NCBI GenBank assembly: GCA_044376115.1
Contig: JBILLK010000002.1
Location: 160,001-224,000 of the forward strand
Reading direction: 5' to 3'
DNA from: Polyangiaceae bacterium
GTDB lineage: Bacteria; Myxococcota_A; Polyangia; Polyangiales; Polyangiaceae
DNA length: 64,000 bases
The position numbers and the translations under genes were made by a program. Within the stretch, counting starts at the first letter, position 1. Every line of letters starts with the position of its first letter. The notes beneath the pieces are model-generated. The model was not told where the DNA came from, did not search any database, and worked only from the letters and a program-made list of their open reading frames with translations. This document shows positions 1 to 10,480 of the stretch, one piece after another.

Positions 1-250
1 GTACCTGCGGCCAGCGCTCGTCCCGTCGATCATCCTCGGCAGCGTTTGGACCTTCAACATGTTCAACGTCGTCTACTTGGTGAGCGGTGGTGAGCCCGCC
101 TCGGAGACCGACATCCTGATCAGCGAGGCCTACCGCTGGGCCTTCGAACGCGGGCAGCGCTTCGGCTACGCAGCCGCCTATTCGGTGCTGATCTTCGCCT
201 TCTTGCTGCTCTATGGCCGCCTAACCGAGCGAGTGTCGAAGTCCACATGA
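1..250 (+). CDS. Sugar ABC transporter permease (MalF-like), 5'-truncated by window edge
   Basis: FNxFNVVYL...TDIL...Y..AF...GYAAA.SV C-terminal motif; stop overlaps next ATG. Confidence 0.85.
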   Translation, partial: YLRPALVPSIILGSVWTFNMFNVVYLVSGGEPASETDILISEAYRWAFERGQRFGYAAAYSVLIFAFLLLYGRLTERVSKST

Positions 251-1095
251 AGCCGCGCATCTGGGAAGTCGTGCTGGTGTACAGCGTGCTGTTCGTGATG
301 TCCGGCGTGGTGCTCTATCCGGTGCTTTGGGTGCTGCGGCTCGCCCTTACAGACGGTGGTCGTTTGGCCGCTTCTTCCGCGCTGCCGATCCCCACCGAGG
401 TCTCCTGGGCGAACTTCGACGCGTTCATCTTCGCGCGCGACTTCCAAGGTCGTTACATCTTCTTCGTTCAGTTGGGTAACTCGCTTCTGGTCAGCGCTGC
501 GGCCACCTTCATTGGCGTTGCTTTTGCGCTCTCGGCCTCCTTTGCCTTCTCACGGTTTGTCTTTCCGCTGCGCGAGACGGGCCTGCGAGCCATGCTCACC
601 AGCCAGATGTTCCCGGCCGTGGTGACGGCCGTGCCGTTGCTCCTGCTGCTCGATGCGCTGGGCCTGTTCGGGACGACGGCGGGCCTGGTGTTGATCTATT
701 CGACCAGCTCGGTGCCCTTCAGCATTTGGATGCTCAAGGGCTACTTTGACACGATCCCTCGCGACCTCGACGAGAGCGCGCGTTTGGACGGCGCCTCGAG
801 CTGGGTCGTCTTTTGGCACATTCTGTTGCCGCTGGTGAGACCAGGCATCGGCATTACGGCGCTCTTCAGCTTCATGACCGCCTACAACGAGTTCATCATG
901 GCCTCGATATTCCTCGATGATGTGGCTCGTTACACGCTGCCGGTGACCCTGCAGCAGTCTGTCGGCGGCTTCGATCCGAACTGGGGGCTGTTTGCCGCAG
1001 GCTCGCTGGTGCTCTCGGCTCCCATCGTTTTGCTGTTCTATTTCGTGCAGCGGGAGCTTGTATCTGGGATGACCGCTGGGGCGGTAAAGGGATGA
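247..1095 (+). CDS. Sugar ABC transporter permease (MalG-like)
   Basis: EAA-type loop (LDESARLDGAS), KGYFDTIP, multiple TM segments. Confidence 0.92.
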   Translation: MKPRIWEVVLVYSVLFVMSGVVLYPVLWVLRLALTDGGRLAASSALPIPTEVSWANFDAFIFARDFQGRYIFFVQLGNSLLVSAAATFIGVAFALSASFAFSRFVFPLRETGLRAMLTSQMFPAVVTAVPLLLLLDALGLFGTTAGLVLIYSTSSVPFSIWMLKGYFDTIPRDLDESARLDGASSWVVFWHILLPLVRPGIGITALFSFMTAYNEFIMASIFLDDVARYTLPVTLQQSVGGFDPNWGLFAAGSLVLSAPIVLLFYFVQRELVSGMTAGAVKG

Positions 1096-2177
1096 ACGTT
1101 CGCGCTCTCGGTATTGGTCTCTTCGTCGTAGTAGGTGGGTTCGCAGCATTCTTGATGAGCGGTCGTCCGCTGCCCTCGTTCGGTACAAAATCCAGCGCGA
1201 GCGCGAGCGCGGCGGCCAAACCGCCGGAGGAGCTGCCCGTGCGCGTGCTGGTGGTGAAGAAGCAACCGCTCTCCACCAAGCTCGCCTCCAACGGCACGCT
1301 GCGCTCGAACGAATCGGTGGACCTTACGGCCGAGGTGACGCGGCGCTTGCGCAAGATCCACGTCAAGGACGGTGACCGCGTCAAGAAGGGAGACCTGTTG
1401 TTCGAGCTGGACGCGGTGGACCTTGCCGCGCGCTCCACCGAGGTCGCCGTGCGCCGCAAGGCGCTACTCGAGGTAGAAGAGCGGCAACGCAAACTGCGCG
1501 AGGAGGGGCTCTCCTCCAAGACCGACTATGATCGTGCCAAGGCGGAGCTCGACATCGCCTCGGCGAACTTCGCGGTGGTCTCGGCGGATCTGGAGCGCAC
1601 CAAGATCCGCGCGCCGTTCGACGGCAAGCTCGGTCTCTTGCGCGTGAGCGAGGGGGCGATGGTTGGTCCGGAGCGGCCGCTCGTCTCGCTCGAAGACGAC
1701 TCCCGCGTGAAGATCGACTTCACGGTGCCGGAGCGTTTCTCGCCCCACGTGTCGGTGGGCGCTAAGTTCTCCTTCCGCACCGAAGGGGGCGTGCCCATCG
1801 CCGCCAGCGTGATCGCGATCGAACCACGGCTCGACGAGCGAACGCGAAGCATTCGCTTGCGCGGATTGTCCGAGCCGATCGACCCGAAGCAAGGAGCTGT
1901 CTACGCTGGGGAGTACGTATCGGTCGAGCTCGAGGTCAAGAGCACGACCGAGGTGGTGCTGGTGCCGTCGCCGATCGTAACGCCCTCACTCGGCGGTCAC
2001 TCGGTGTACGTGGTGGAGGACGGCGTGGCCAAAGTGCGCGCGGTGGAACTAGGCATTCGCACCGAGAGCGAGGTTGGCATCATCAAAGGGTTGGAAGCAG
2101 CCGACAAGGTGATCGTCAGCAACGTGGTGCGCGTTCGCCCCGGTAGCAAAGTGAAGATCAGCGAGGACGCGCCGTGA
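1092..2177 (+). CDS. RND efflux periplasmic adaptor (MFP)
   Basis: N-terminal TM, lipoyl-like half motifs (VKDGDRVKKGDLL; IRAPFDG), coiled-coil hairpin. Confidence 0.93.
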   Translation: MNVRALGIGLFVVVGGFAAFLMSGRPLPSFGTKSSASASAAAKPPEELPVRVLVVKKQPLSTKLASNGTLRSNESVDLTAEVTRRLRKIHVKDGDRVKKGDLLFELDAVDLAARSTEVAVRRKALLEVEERQRKLREEGLSSKTDYDRAKAELDIASANFAVVSADLERTKIRAPFDGKLGLLRVSEGAMVGPERPLVSLEDDSRVKIDFTVPERFSPHVSVGAKFSFRTEGGVPIAASVIAIEPRLDERTRSIRLRGLSEPIDPKQGAVYAGEYVSVELEVKSTTEVVLVPSPIVTPSLGGHSVYVVEDGVAKVRAVELGIRTESEVGIIKGLEAADKVIVSNVVRVRPGSKVKISEDAP

Positions 2178-5100
2178 CGCTGGCTGAGGTTTGCATTCGC
2201 CGGCCGGTACTTTCGATCGTCCTCTCAGTGGCGATCGTGCTGTTCGGGGTGGTCTCGTTCTTCTCGCTGGGTGTTCGTGAGTACCCCGCGGTGGACCCGC
2301 CGGTGGTAACGGTCACCACCAACTACTCGGGCGCGAATCCGGAGGTGGTGGACTCACAGATCACCGAGCCGTTGGAGCAGGCGTTGGCCGGTATTGCGGG
2401 GGTAAAGAACGTCTTTTCGACGTCGCGCGAGGCGGCTTCTTCAATCCGGGTCGAATTCGAACTCTCGGTCGATCTCGACGATGCGGCCAACGACGTTCGG
2501 GACAAGGTCGCTGGTGCGGTCGGACGTTTGCCGATCGACGCGGACGCTCCCATCGTCGAGAAGGCCGACGCTGACTCGAGCCCGATCATCTTCATGACGG
2601 TCGGCAGCGACACCCAGTCGATCCTCGACGTCTCCCACATCGCGAACACGCGGATCAAGGACAAGATCCAAACCATCCCGGGCGTCAGTTCGGTGCGCAT
2701 CTTCGGGGAGAAGCGCTACTCGATGCGCGTCTGGCTCGACTCGGACAAGCTGAGCGCGCACTCGGTCACGCCGGAAGACGTGCGCAACCGTTTGGCCGCC
2801 TGGAACGTGGACCTTCCGTCTGGCCGCGTCGAAGGCGAAAAGATGGAGGTCGCGGTGCAGACCTCCGGGCGGCTGGAGACGCCGGCCCAGTTCTCGCGCA
2901 TCACGCTGCGTGATGGCGACGGCGCGCCGGTGCGCTTGGAGGACGTGGGCACGGCTGAACTCGGACCGCTCAATACCCGCGGCGGCGTAAAGCGTCGCGG
3001 TCGAGACGTGATCGGCGTGGCGGTCATTCCTCAGCCCAACACCAACGCCATCGCCATCGCCGACGAGTTTTACCGCCGCTTCGAGGACATCAAACGCGAC
3101 ATCCCGCCCGAATACGAAGTGGAGGTCGGCTACGACTTTACGCGCTACATCCGCAAGAGCGTGCTCGAAGTAGAGGAGACGTTGGTCGTGGCCTTCGTCC
3201 TGGTCGCGCTGGTCATCTACCTGTTCCTGCGTGATTTCCGCGCCTCGGTGATCCCAGTGATCGCCATCCCGGTGAGCATCATCGCGACCTTCGCGCTGGT
3301 GAAGCTGTTCGGCTTCTCGATCAACGTATTGACGTTGGTGGGCGTCGTGCTCTCGATCGGCCTCGTATGCGATGACGCGATCGTGGTGCTCGAGACGATC
3401 TACTCGAAGATCGAGAAGGGGATGAAACCGCTGGAAGCTGCGATCAGCGGAGCCAACGAGATCTTCTTCGCCATCGTCTCGACCACCGTCGCCCTGGCCG
3501 TGGTGTTCATGCCGATCGTGTTCGTTTCCGGCCTGACCGGTCAGCTGTTCCGCGAGTTCGCCTTGGTTGTCGTTGGGTCGGTGCTGATCAGCGGCTTCGT
3601 CGCGCTCACGCTCTCGCCGATGATGTGTCGTTACTTGTTGCGCGAGAGCGCTGGGCAGAGCTTCTTTTATCGCCTCACCGAGCCGCTTTTTCGTGGGCTC
3701 ATCGGCGGCTATCGTTGGCTTTTGACTGCCTTCATGAAAGTGCGCATCGTGGCGCCGGCCGTACTGGTGCTGGTGATCGTTTGGTCATATCGCTTGTATG
3801 AGCGCGTGCCTTCCGAGCTAGCGCCGCTCGAGGATCGCAGCAACATACGCATCAACGTGCGCGGACCGGAGGGCGCAACCTACGCCTATACCGAGCGGGA
3901 ACTCGATTCGCTGGCGGCCTACGTGGAAGACAACGTGCCGGAGACGTCGCGCACCTACTCGATCATCGGCGGTTTTGGCGGGACGGGTGGTCCCAACGTG
4001 GGCGTTCAGAATATCTATCTAACGGAGCGGGAAGAGCGCAGCCGGCCGCAAGAGGAGATCTTCCGCCAAGTAGCCAAGGGGATGGGATCGTTCCAGGGGC
4101 TTTCGGCGTTCCCGGCTCAGCCACCGACGATCGGAAGTCGCTTTGCCGGGCAGCCAGTCCAGCTGGTGATTCAGGCGCCCTCGGTGCGTGAGCTTTCAGC
4201 GATCTTGCCCAAGGTTCTGGAGAAGGCCCGGGCGCGTCCGGAGCTGCGCTTCGTCGACGCTGATTTGCGCTTCAACCGACCGCAGCTCTCGCTCGAGGTG
4301 GATCGCGATCGGGCGAGTGAGCTTGGCGTCTCGGCGCTCGACGTAGGTCGGGCGCTGCAGCTCAGTTTGGGTGGCGTTCGCTACGGCTACTTCGTCATGG
4401 AGGGTAAACAGTACGAGGTGATAGGGCAGCTGCGCGAAGCGGATCGGGACGAGCCCACCGATCTGTCGCGGCTCTACATCCGCTCGCCGAGCGGGGAGAT
4501 GTTGCCGCTCTCCGGGTTGGTGAAGAGCCGAGAGTCGGCGGGCCCTGCGTCCTTGTTCCGCTTCGATCGCAACGTCGCCGCCACCGTCTCGGCCGGCCTC
4601 GCCGATGGCAAAACGCTGGGGGAGGGCATCAGCGCCATGCAAGCGGCCGCGGCTGAGGTGTTGCCGCCGGGGTTCTCAACGGCGCTCTCCGGCGAGTCGC
4701 GCGACTACGCAGAGAGTTCATCGTCTACCTCATTGGCCTTCGGCTTTGCGATCGTACTTATTTATCTAGTGCTGGCCGCTTTGTTTGAGAGCTTCCGCGA
4801 TCCGCTCGTCATCCTGATGACGGTACCGCTTTCACTGGCTGGCGCGCTCGCCTCGCTCGACGCGACCTCGCAGAGCCTGAACGTGTTCAGCCGCATCGGC
4901 ATCATCATGTTGGTCGGGCTGGTGACCAAGAACGGAATTTTGGTGGTGGAGTTCGCCAACCATAAGCGGCAGGAGGGGCTGCCTCTGGTGGAGGCCTGCA
5001 TCGAAGGCGCGGTGGATCGCTTCCGGCCGGTACTGATGACGAGCCTCGCGACGATCCTGGGCGTGTTACCGATCGCGCTCTCGCTCGGTGGTGCGGCTGG

Positions 5101-5245
5101 GAGTCGAAAGTCCTTGGGCATCGCCGTGGCCGGCGGGCTCAGCTTTTCGTTGGTTTTGACGCTCTTCTTGGTGCCGGCGATGCACTCGCTGATCGCCCGG
5201 CGCAAGGTCCCAGCGCTAGAGCCGCGCAGCGCTCCCGCGAACTAA
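2174..5245 (+). CDS. RND efflux permease (AcrB/AcrD/AcrF family)
   Basis: 1023 aa; IRRPV start, IGLVCDDAIVV, GLVTKNGILVVEFA, RFRPVLMT. Confidence 0.96.
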   Translation: MTLAEVCIRRPVLSIVLSVAIVLFGVVSFFSLGVREYPAVDPPVVTVTTNYSGANPEVVDSQITEPLEQALAGIAGVKNVFSTSREAASSIRVEFELSVDLDDAANDVRDKVAGAVGRLPIDADAPIVEKADADSSPIIFMTVGSDTQSILDVSHIANTRIKDKIQTIPGVSSVRIFGEKRYSMRVWLDSDKLSAHSVTPEDVRNRLAAWNVDLPSGRVEGEKMEVAVQTSGRLETPAQFSRITLRDGDGAPVRLEDVGTAELGPLNTRGGVKRRGRDVIGVAVIPQPNTNAIAIADEFYRRFEDIKRDIPPEYEVEVGYDFTRYIRKSVLEVEETLVVAFVLVALVIYLFLRDFRASVIPVIAIPVSIIATFALVKLFGFSINVLTLVGVVLSIGLVCDDAIVVLETIYSKIEKGMKPLEAAISGANEIFFAIVSTTVALAVVFMPIVFVSGLTGQLFREFALVVVGSVLISGFVALTLSPMMCRYLLRESAGQSFFYRLTEPLFRGLIGGYRWLLTAFMKVRIVAPAVLVLVIVWSYRLYERVPSELAPLEDRSNIRINVRGPEGATYAYTERELDSLAAYVEDNVPETSRTYSIIGGFGGTGGPNVGVQNIYLTEREERSRPQEEIFRQVAKGMGSFQGLSAFPAQPPTIGSRFAGQPVQLVIQAPSVRELSAILPKVLEKARARPELRFVDADLRFNRPQLSLEVDRDRASELGVSALDVGRALQLSLGGVRYGYFVMEGKQYEVIGQLREADRDEPTDLSRLYIRSPSGEMLPLSGLVKSRESAGPASLFRFDRNVAATVSAGLADGKTLGEGISAMQAAAAEVLPPGFSTALSGESRDYAESSSSTSLAFGFAIVLIYLVLAALFESFRDPLVILMTVPLSLAGALASLDATSQSLNVFSRIGIIMLVGLVTKNGILVVEFANHKRQEGLPLVEACIEGAVDRFRPVLMTSLATILGVLPIALSLGGAAGSRKSLGIAVAGGLSFSLVLTLFLVPAMHSLIARRKVPALEPRSAPAN

Positions 5246-5263
5246 CGGCACGACTCGCGCCCG

Positions 5264-5860
5264 TCAGCTGCAGGTAACCGTGCCGAAGCAATCGTTGAGC
5301 GTCTCGAAGATCGGCGCTCCCTCGGCGTAGAGGGCAAGGCACTCATCCCAGCAGGGCTGCTGACCTGGGAGGCAGCCTTGGTCGTCGATGCACAAGTAGA
5401 TGATAGCGACGCATTGGTCGTTGGTTGCGCAGGCGCTGACTTCAGCGCAGCAGGCCGCGTAGAGATCGTCGGTACAACTCGCAGGGCTGGGCACGATCCC
5501 GCCGCATTCGGGCTCGGCGGCGCCACAAACCTCGGCGCAGTTGGCTTCACGGCAGACCTTTGCCCCGGAGTTGGTCCACTCGCCCGGAGCCTCGGCGGCC
5601 GCGCTGGCGGTGATGCAACAGTTCGCGTCTTGGCAGGCGGTGCAGGCTTCGCTGGGCTGCGCTAACCCGGAAACGCACGCCGCACCGCCTGCTCCCCCGC
5701 CTCCCGCGCCACCTGAGGGACTGCCCGCGCTGCCACCCGCCCCGCCGTCTGCTGCGCCGCCCAGTCCACCTGCGCCGCTGCTGCTCTCCAAGGAGCATGC
5801 GCATAGCCCAAGCAAGGTCGTGACAACGAGCGTCCACAAACGAAGGCTATTGGTGGTCAT
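5264..5860 (-). CDS. Cys-rich lipoprotein with Gly-rich linker
   Basis: Lipobox LCAC, GGxGG linker, CxxCxxxxCC repeats. Confidence 0.75.
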   Translation of the reverse strand: MTTNSLRLWTLVVTTLLGLCACSLESSSGAGGLGGAADGGAGGSAGSPSGGAGGGGAGGAACVSGLAQPSEACTACQDANCCITASAAAEAPGEWTNSGAKVCREANCAEVCGAAEPECGGIVPSPASCTDDLYAACCAEVSACATNDQCVAIIYLCIDDQGCLPGQQPCWDECLALYAEGAPIFETLNDCFGTVTCS

Positions 5861-5893
5861 CGACAGCGGGCTTACGCGGGTTTGCGCGCTAGC

Positions 5894-6997
5894 TCAAGGT
5901 TCCTCGGGAGGCCCGCCGACTTGGGACATCCAGAAGCTTGGCGATTCCTCCTCCCACTCGCGTAGGAGCTTGCTGCTGGCTGTATCTGGCCGAAAGCCGT
6001 TCGGGCTGTTGAGGAACACCAACTTGAACGACCGCATGGCGCCCACGATGTTCCTCGGTTCAAGCCACAGCGGCTGATCGGGTCGAGCGCGCTTGCAGAG
6101 CGTGTCGATGCGTTTGCTTTGGACGCTCGTGCCGATCAGCGAGCCGCGCTCGACCGTGCGAACGAGGTCATCGTCGCCGTCACCGTCAACGTCTTTGTAG
6201 CTGCGCTCGCCGAGTTCGAGCGCCGTCACGCGTGATTCCGAAGGATCGGCAGAGAAGGCCGAGGATTCACCGCAATGATGACTCCCTCCGCTGTAGGTCT
6301 TGGCGATGATCTGCAAGCGCTCCTCGGGCACAGCGCTGAAATCGAGCGAATAGCTCCAGCGCAAGGTGTTGCGCCCATCGCCCGTAACGTCGTCGCAGAC
6401 GAACACAGTACGTCCGTCACGCTTTAGTTTGTCGCAGCCGTCGAGGTTGGTTCCGCGTTTCAACGCAACCTGGTTCCAGCCTTCGGGCGTGCGCTCGGCA
6501 ACCACGAGATCTCCAGGAGTGCTGCCATTCCAACGCTCGGGCCCGCAACTCTCCAGACGCAACACGGCCTGCTCCTTGTTGTTCGCAGTGAACGAGCCAA
6601 GCTCGATCCCGCCCAGGACGCAAAGCTGGTTCCGATCTGTGACCACGCGCAGTTGGCCGTCCGGCAGCTCCTCCGCCTTGTCGTAAGGAGGTGTGAAGCG
6701 GCAGCCAACCTCTGTGCCGCTTGGGCCATCGTAACTACCGACGGCGCAAAGACTGGCGAGGAGCTCAAACTTGCCAGCGTCCACCCCGGGCGGAGTCGCA
6801 GGAATCGCTGGCTTCGCGCGAGTGACCTCGGCTGAGGTCGTGGCCTCTGCAATCGCTGAAGCGCTTGCAGAGGCCAACGTTGCCGCGGTGGCAGACGGGA
6901 CCAGTTTGGTGGTTGGAGCTGGCGCTTGTCCCCCGCAGCCAGCGGCGAAGACGGTAACGAGCAGCGTGACAACCGCGTAGGACAGGGGCTCTTGCAT
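5894..6997 (-). CDS. Hypothetical lipoprotein (start uncertain)
   Basis: Lipobox AAGC, Ala/Thr/Pro linker, DVDGDGDDD Ca-binding-like motif. Confidence 0.7.
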   Translation of the reverse strand: MQEPLSYAVVTLLVTVFAAGCGGQAPAPTTKLVPSATAATLASASASAIAEATTSAEVTRAKPAIPATPPGVDAGKFELLASLCAVGSYDGPSGTEVGCRFTPPYDKAEELPDGQLRVVTDRNQLCVLGGIELGSFTANNKEQAVLRLESCGPERWNGSTPGDLVVAERTPEGWNQVALKRGTNLDGCDKLKRDGRTVFVCDDVTGDGRNTLRWSYSLDFSAVPEERLQIIAKTYSGGSHHCGESSAFSADPSESRVTALELGERSYKDVDGDGDDDLVRTVERGSLIGTSVQSKRIDTLCKRARPDQPLWLEPRNIVGAMRSFKLVFLNSPNGFRPDTASSKLLREWEEESPSFWMSQVGGPPEEP

Positions 6998-7065
6998 CGC
7001 CGCGCTGTTGGTATCAACATCCCACCGCGCCGACAACCGCGTCGGTCCTCTGCAAGGAACTGCGA

Positions 7066-7791
7066 ATGAGAGTTTTTGGGTTCGTAAGCGTTGCGCTCTT
7101 CTTGAGTGCGTGCGGCGACAGTGACTCTGCCGGCGGCGGAGGCAGTGGCGGTGAAGCTGTGGGTGGAACAGGCGGCGTTGGGGGTAGCGGCGGCGCTGGG
7201 GGCGCGGGCGGCAGCGCCGCCGAACCCGCCGCAGACAAGCTACTGCGCTTCTTGACGGGGCACTTCGATTCGACGGCTCAATCGGTCGAGAACCCCACCT
7301 ATTTCGCGATCGACCTGCTTACCTGTCCGATCGAGCTACCAGAGCTCGGCGCGCGCACGCTGCACGTCGAGCAAGCGGTAATCGACAATGGGGTGGTCGG
7401 CGCGCCTTATCGTCAGCGGGTGTACGTGGTTACCGAAGGCGCCGACCCGGCAACCCAGGCCATCTCGCAGGTATGGGAGTTCAGCTCTCCCGACGACTTC
7501 AGCGGCTTCTGCGACGGAACTGGCGCACAGGCGACCGCTGCGGACTTGGTGGAGCGGCAAGGCTGCCAGGTGGAGCTTACCTGGGTGGAGGATCACTTCG
7601 AGGGCAGCACCCCGGGCAAGGAATGTCTGAGCGATCTAAACGGCGCGACCTATGCGACCAGCGAGGTCAAGTTGTACGAGGACCGCATTGAATCCTGGGA
7701 TCGCGGTTATGACGCTGCAGACATGCAGGTTTGGGGAGCCACCGCCGGCGCCTATCGCTTTGACCGCCTGAGCCCGCTGCCGGAGCCTTGA
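7066..7791 (+). CDS. CpcT/CpeT (T-type bilin lyase-like) family lipoprotein
   Basis: G.F....Q, PYRQRVY, GATYATSEV, SWDRGYD, QVWG motifs; lipobox LSAC plus Gly linker. Confidence 0.85.
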   Translation: MRVFGFVSVALFLSACGDSDSAGGGGSGGEAVGGTGGVGGSGGAGGAGGSAAEPAADKLLRFLTGHFDSTAQSVENPTYFAIDLLTCPIELPELGARTLHVEQAVIDNGVVGAPYRQRVYVVTEGADPATQAISQVWEFSSPDDFSGFCDGTGAQATAADLVERQGCQVELTWVEDHFEGSTPGKECLSDLNGATYATSEVKLYEDRIESWDRGYDAADMQVWGATAGAYRFDRLSPLPEP

Positions 7792-7875
7792 GGCGCAATT
7801 GCGGTTGGCGGCCAGAGCTGTGGCGCAAGTCCCTTAATTTGTCGCACTTCCGTCGCCTCGCCTAAGGTGTGGGCG

Positions 7876-8784
7876 ATGCGAGCTTCCGTGCTGCTGTTGG
7901 GGTTGGGGTTGCTGAATTGTTCGGCCGAGCCAGGCGCTGCTGGCGCAGGCTCATCGAGGGCGAGCGCGAGCGCGTCGCAGCGCCCTGTAAGCAGCAGTTC
8001 GGCTGCCACCGTGCCGAGCGCTAGCTCCAATGTGTCGGAAGGAAGCGCCAAGCCCGTCGTCAGCTCTTCGGCTGGTGTGCCAATCCCCGAGGGCGTAGTG
8101 CTTGAAGACGGCGAGGCTGCGGTAGCGAAGCTCGCGCCCTTCGAAGCGGGCCTCAGCGCTCAAGATCTCGCCACACGCACCGACGCGGCGATAGCTATTT
8201 GTGGACCCTCGCTGGCGCTAGACGCAGAACCGTGGGGGCGAGCGCAAGACAAGGCGGGCCAGCCAATCAAGCCGCAATACAGCAATTGTGCCGCAACCAC
8301 CTTGTCAAAGCTCTACCTGCAACGTGCGCTCGCCATGGAGGCGAAGGACGCGGAGTTGCAAAAGGGGTATTTCGCCTTGGCCTTGGCCGCCGACCCTGCG
8401 GCCTCGCTACCGGCTAGCTCGGCAGCGCCCCTGACGGCGGCCTTCACCGCTGCGAAGAAGGTGAAGTCCAACGTGCGAGCTGGTGCAGTGAGCAGCAGCG
8501 ACGAAAGTATGACTAGCGCGCTCGAGGCCACAGCCGCGAGCATGGTGCCTTACATTCGTGTGTGTCACGTCCTTGGTCTGCGCAACAATCCCAACGTTCA
8601 AGGGCGGATCACGCTCAACGTGGTACTCGACGGGGCAGGGCGCGTGATTGACGCCTCCGACACGACCGACCTGCCCGACAGTGGCGTTGCGGCTTGTGCG
8701 CGGAGCTACGGAGCGCGTGCAACGTACCCCAAGCCCAAAGGCCCGTTCGCTAAACTGAGCCTTCCATTCTTGGCAGTCCCCTGA
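7876..8784 (+). CDS. Lipoprotein with C-terminal AgmX/PglI (TonB C-like) domain
   Basis: IRVCHVLGLRNNPNVQGRITLNVVLDGAGRV...VAAC...YPKP pattern. Confidence 0.72.
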   Translation: MRASVLLLGLGLLNCSAEPGAAGAGSSRASASASQRPVSSSSAATVPSASSNVSEGSAKPVVSSSAGVPIPEGVVLEDGEAAVAKLAPFEAGLSAQDLATRTDAAIAICGPSLALDAEPWGRAQDKAGQPIKPQYSNCAATTLSKLYLQRALAMEAKDAELQKGYFALALAADPAASLPASSAAPLTAAFTAAKKVKSNVRAGAVSSSDESMTSALEATAASMVPYIRVCHVLGLRNNPNVQGRITLNVVLDGAGRVIDASDTTDLPDSGVAACARSYGARATYPKPKGPFAKLSLPFLAVP

Positions 8785-8799
8785 GGGACTCGCTCCACG

Positions 8800-9162
8800 T
8801 CAACGGTGTCGGGGTGGAGCTGGGTGTTGGGGATGCTGCCCAGGCCGCGGCTGCCCTCGGCCGCGGCTAGGCACGGAGTGGCGCGGGTTCTGCGTGCGCC
8901 AATCGCGATAGCGGCGGTCATGCGTGCGGTAGTGCACGACGAGGGTGTTATAGCCAACGTAGCTGCGCGGCACGTAATAGACTGTGTCGTCAACGTAGTA
9001 GGTGGGCTCTCCCCGTAGGTCAAAGTCGACCACGCTGCCGCTATAATATTGAGGTTGATACCCCACGGTGTTCACCACACCGGCGGCGGGTACGGCTTGG
9101 ACTGTGCAGCCAAGACCACAAAGGACGCTGGCGCCAATCAGCATTATCGATAGATTTTTCAT
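8800..9162 (-). CDS. Small hypothetical lipoprotein (Tyr-rich, basic tail)
   Basis: Signal peptide with LGC lipobox; 3-bp gap to upstream gene. Confidence 0.65.
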   Translation of the reverse strand: MKNLSIMLIGASVLCGLGCTVQAVPAAGVVNTVGYQPQYYSGSVVDFDLRGEPTYYVDDTVYYVPRSYVGYNTLVVHYRTHDRRYRDWRTQNPRHSVPSRGRGQPRPGQHPQHPAPPRHR

Positions 9163-9165
9163 GGT

Positions 9166-9558
9166 TCACCAGGGCAAGCAGACAGGGTCATAACCAAACT
9201 CGTCTGCGACGCAGGCGAATCCAACTGAGCAATCGAGATCGTCGTAACAAGGCTCGAAGCAGAGCGGCGTGCCGCCACTGATCTCCAGGCAATATCCACC
9301 AAGGTCGCAATCGGCGTCCGAGTCGCACTCGTAGGTGCACATGTCGTCGGTGACGTACGCATCATCGTAGGCCACCGTGATGCTCCAGCACTCCGACTCG
9401 AAGCATGTGTCACTCGCGAAGCACCCGTCGTACAGGTCTGCCGTCGGGCCTGGTTCGTATGGATCATATGGATCGTATGGGTCTCCGCGAACCAAACACC
9501 CTGCGACGCAGAGCGCCGACATCGCGGCTCCGCCAAGGGCGCGTACTAGCTTAATCAT
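9166..9558 (-). CDS. Small Cys/Asp-rich lipoprotein
   Basis: VAGC lipobox, DPY tandem tripeptide, CxxDxDC repeats, GAGG RBS. Confidence 0.72.
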   Translation of the reverse strand: MIKLVRALGGAAMSALCVAGCLVRGDPYDPYDPYEPGPTADLYDGCFASDTCFESECWSITVAYDDAYVTDDMCTYECDSDADCDLGGYCLEISGGTPLCFEPCYDDLDCSVGFACVADEFGYDPVCLPW

Positions 9559-9797
9559 TTAGACCTCTTGGTCTGTTGGCGGTGCAACAGCTGAGCCGTT
9601 CAAGGACGATGCCTTCTTGGGCTCTGCACTGCTGCGCCGCTGCCGAGCTCGTCTGCCACCCTCTAGATTGCAGCAGCGCACTGTCACAGTGTGGCGTTTT
9701 TGCCGTCGCTCACGCGAGAGATCTAGCCGAATTAGGCCGCTTGTTCCCGAGCGCTTGGTCCAAATAGCGTTGGCCGAGATTCTGCAAAGCGCTTTGC

Positions 9798-10459
9798 ATG
9801 ACGATGATGACCGATACCCAACTCAAGCACGACATCGAAGCTGAACTCCGCTGGGACCCGAAGGTCAACGAGGCGCAAGTGGGGGTTAGCGTGGATAAGG
9901 GCGTGGTCACGTTGCTCGGTAGCGTAGATACCTATGCAGAGAAGTGGGCCGCGGAGGACGCCACCATGCGCGTCAACGGAGTGCGCACCGTAGCGCAGGA
10001 CCTGACCGTGAAGGTCTTGGGCGAACACAAGCGCACTGACTCAGAGATCGCCGCCGCAGTTCAGTCAGCGTTCAAGTGGGACGTGTTTGTACCCAAAGCT
10101 GTGACCGCCCAGGTCCGTAGCGGAATGGTCACGCTCGAGGGCTTCGTAACCTGGGGCTACCAACGCGACGCAGCTGAGCGCGCCGTGCGGAACCTGGCAG
10201 GTGTGAACTCGGTGCAGAACTCGATCAGCATTCAACCGAAGGTCTCCGCGAGTCAGGTCCAGGAGCAGGTTGAGGCCGCACTCAAGCGGCAAGCGGCGAC
10301 CGACGCCAAGTCGATCCACGTTGCGACCTCGGGTGGCAAGGTCACGCTGACCGGCACAGCCTCGTCTTGGCAGTCGGTCGAGGACGCTGCACAAGCCGCC
10401 TGGGCCGCTCCAGGCGTACCCAGGTCGTCGATCACCTCAGCGTCGCCATGACCTACTGA
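9798..10459 (+). CDS. Triple BON-domain (OsmY-like) protein with apparent 1-nt frameshift near 10417
   Basis: Three BON repeats (GVVTLLGSV, GMVTLEGFV, GKVTLTGTA); the expected C-terminus GVTQVVDHLSV continues in another frame to TGA 10457-10459. Confidence 0.85.
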
Positions 10460-10480
10460 GGCGGCCGTCGAAGCTACGAA

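Noticed and set aside
5264..9558. Gly-linker and Cys-rich lipoproteins as a novel repeat system or RiPP precursors
   Set aside because: Common myxobacterial lipoprotein architecture; no modifying enzymes nearby
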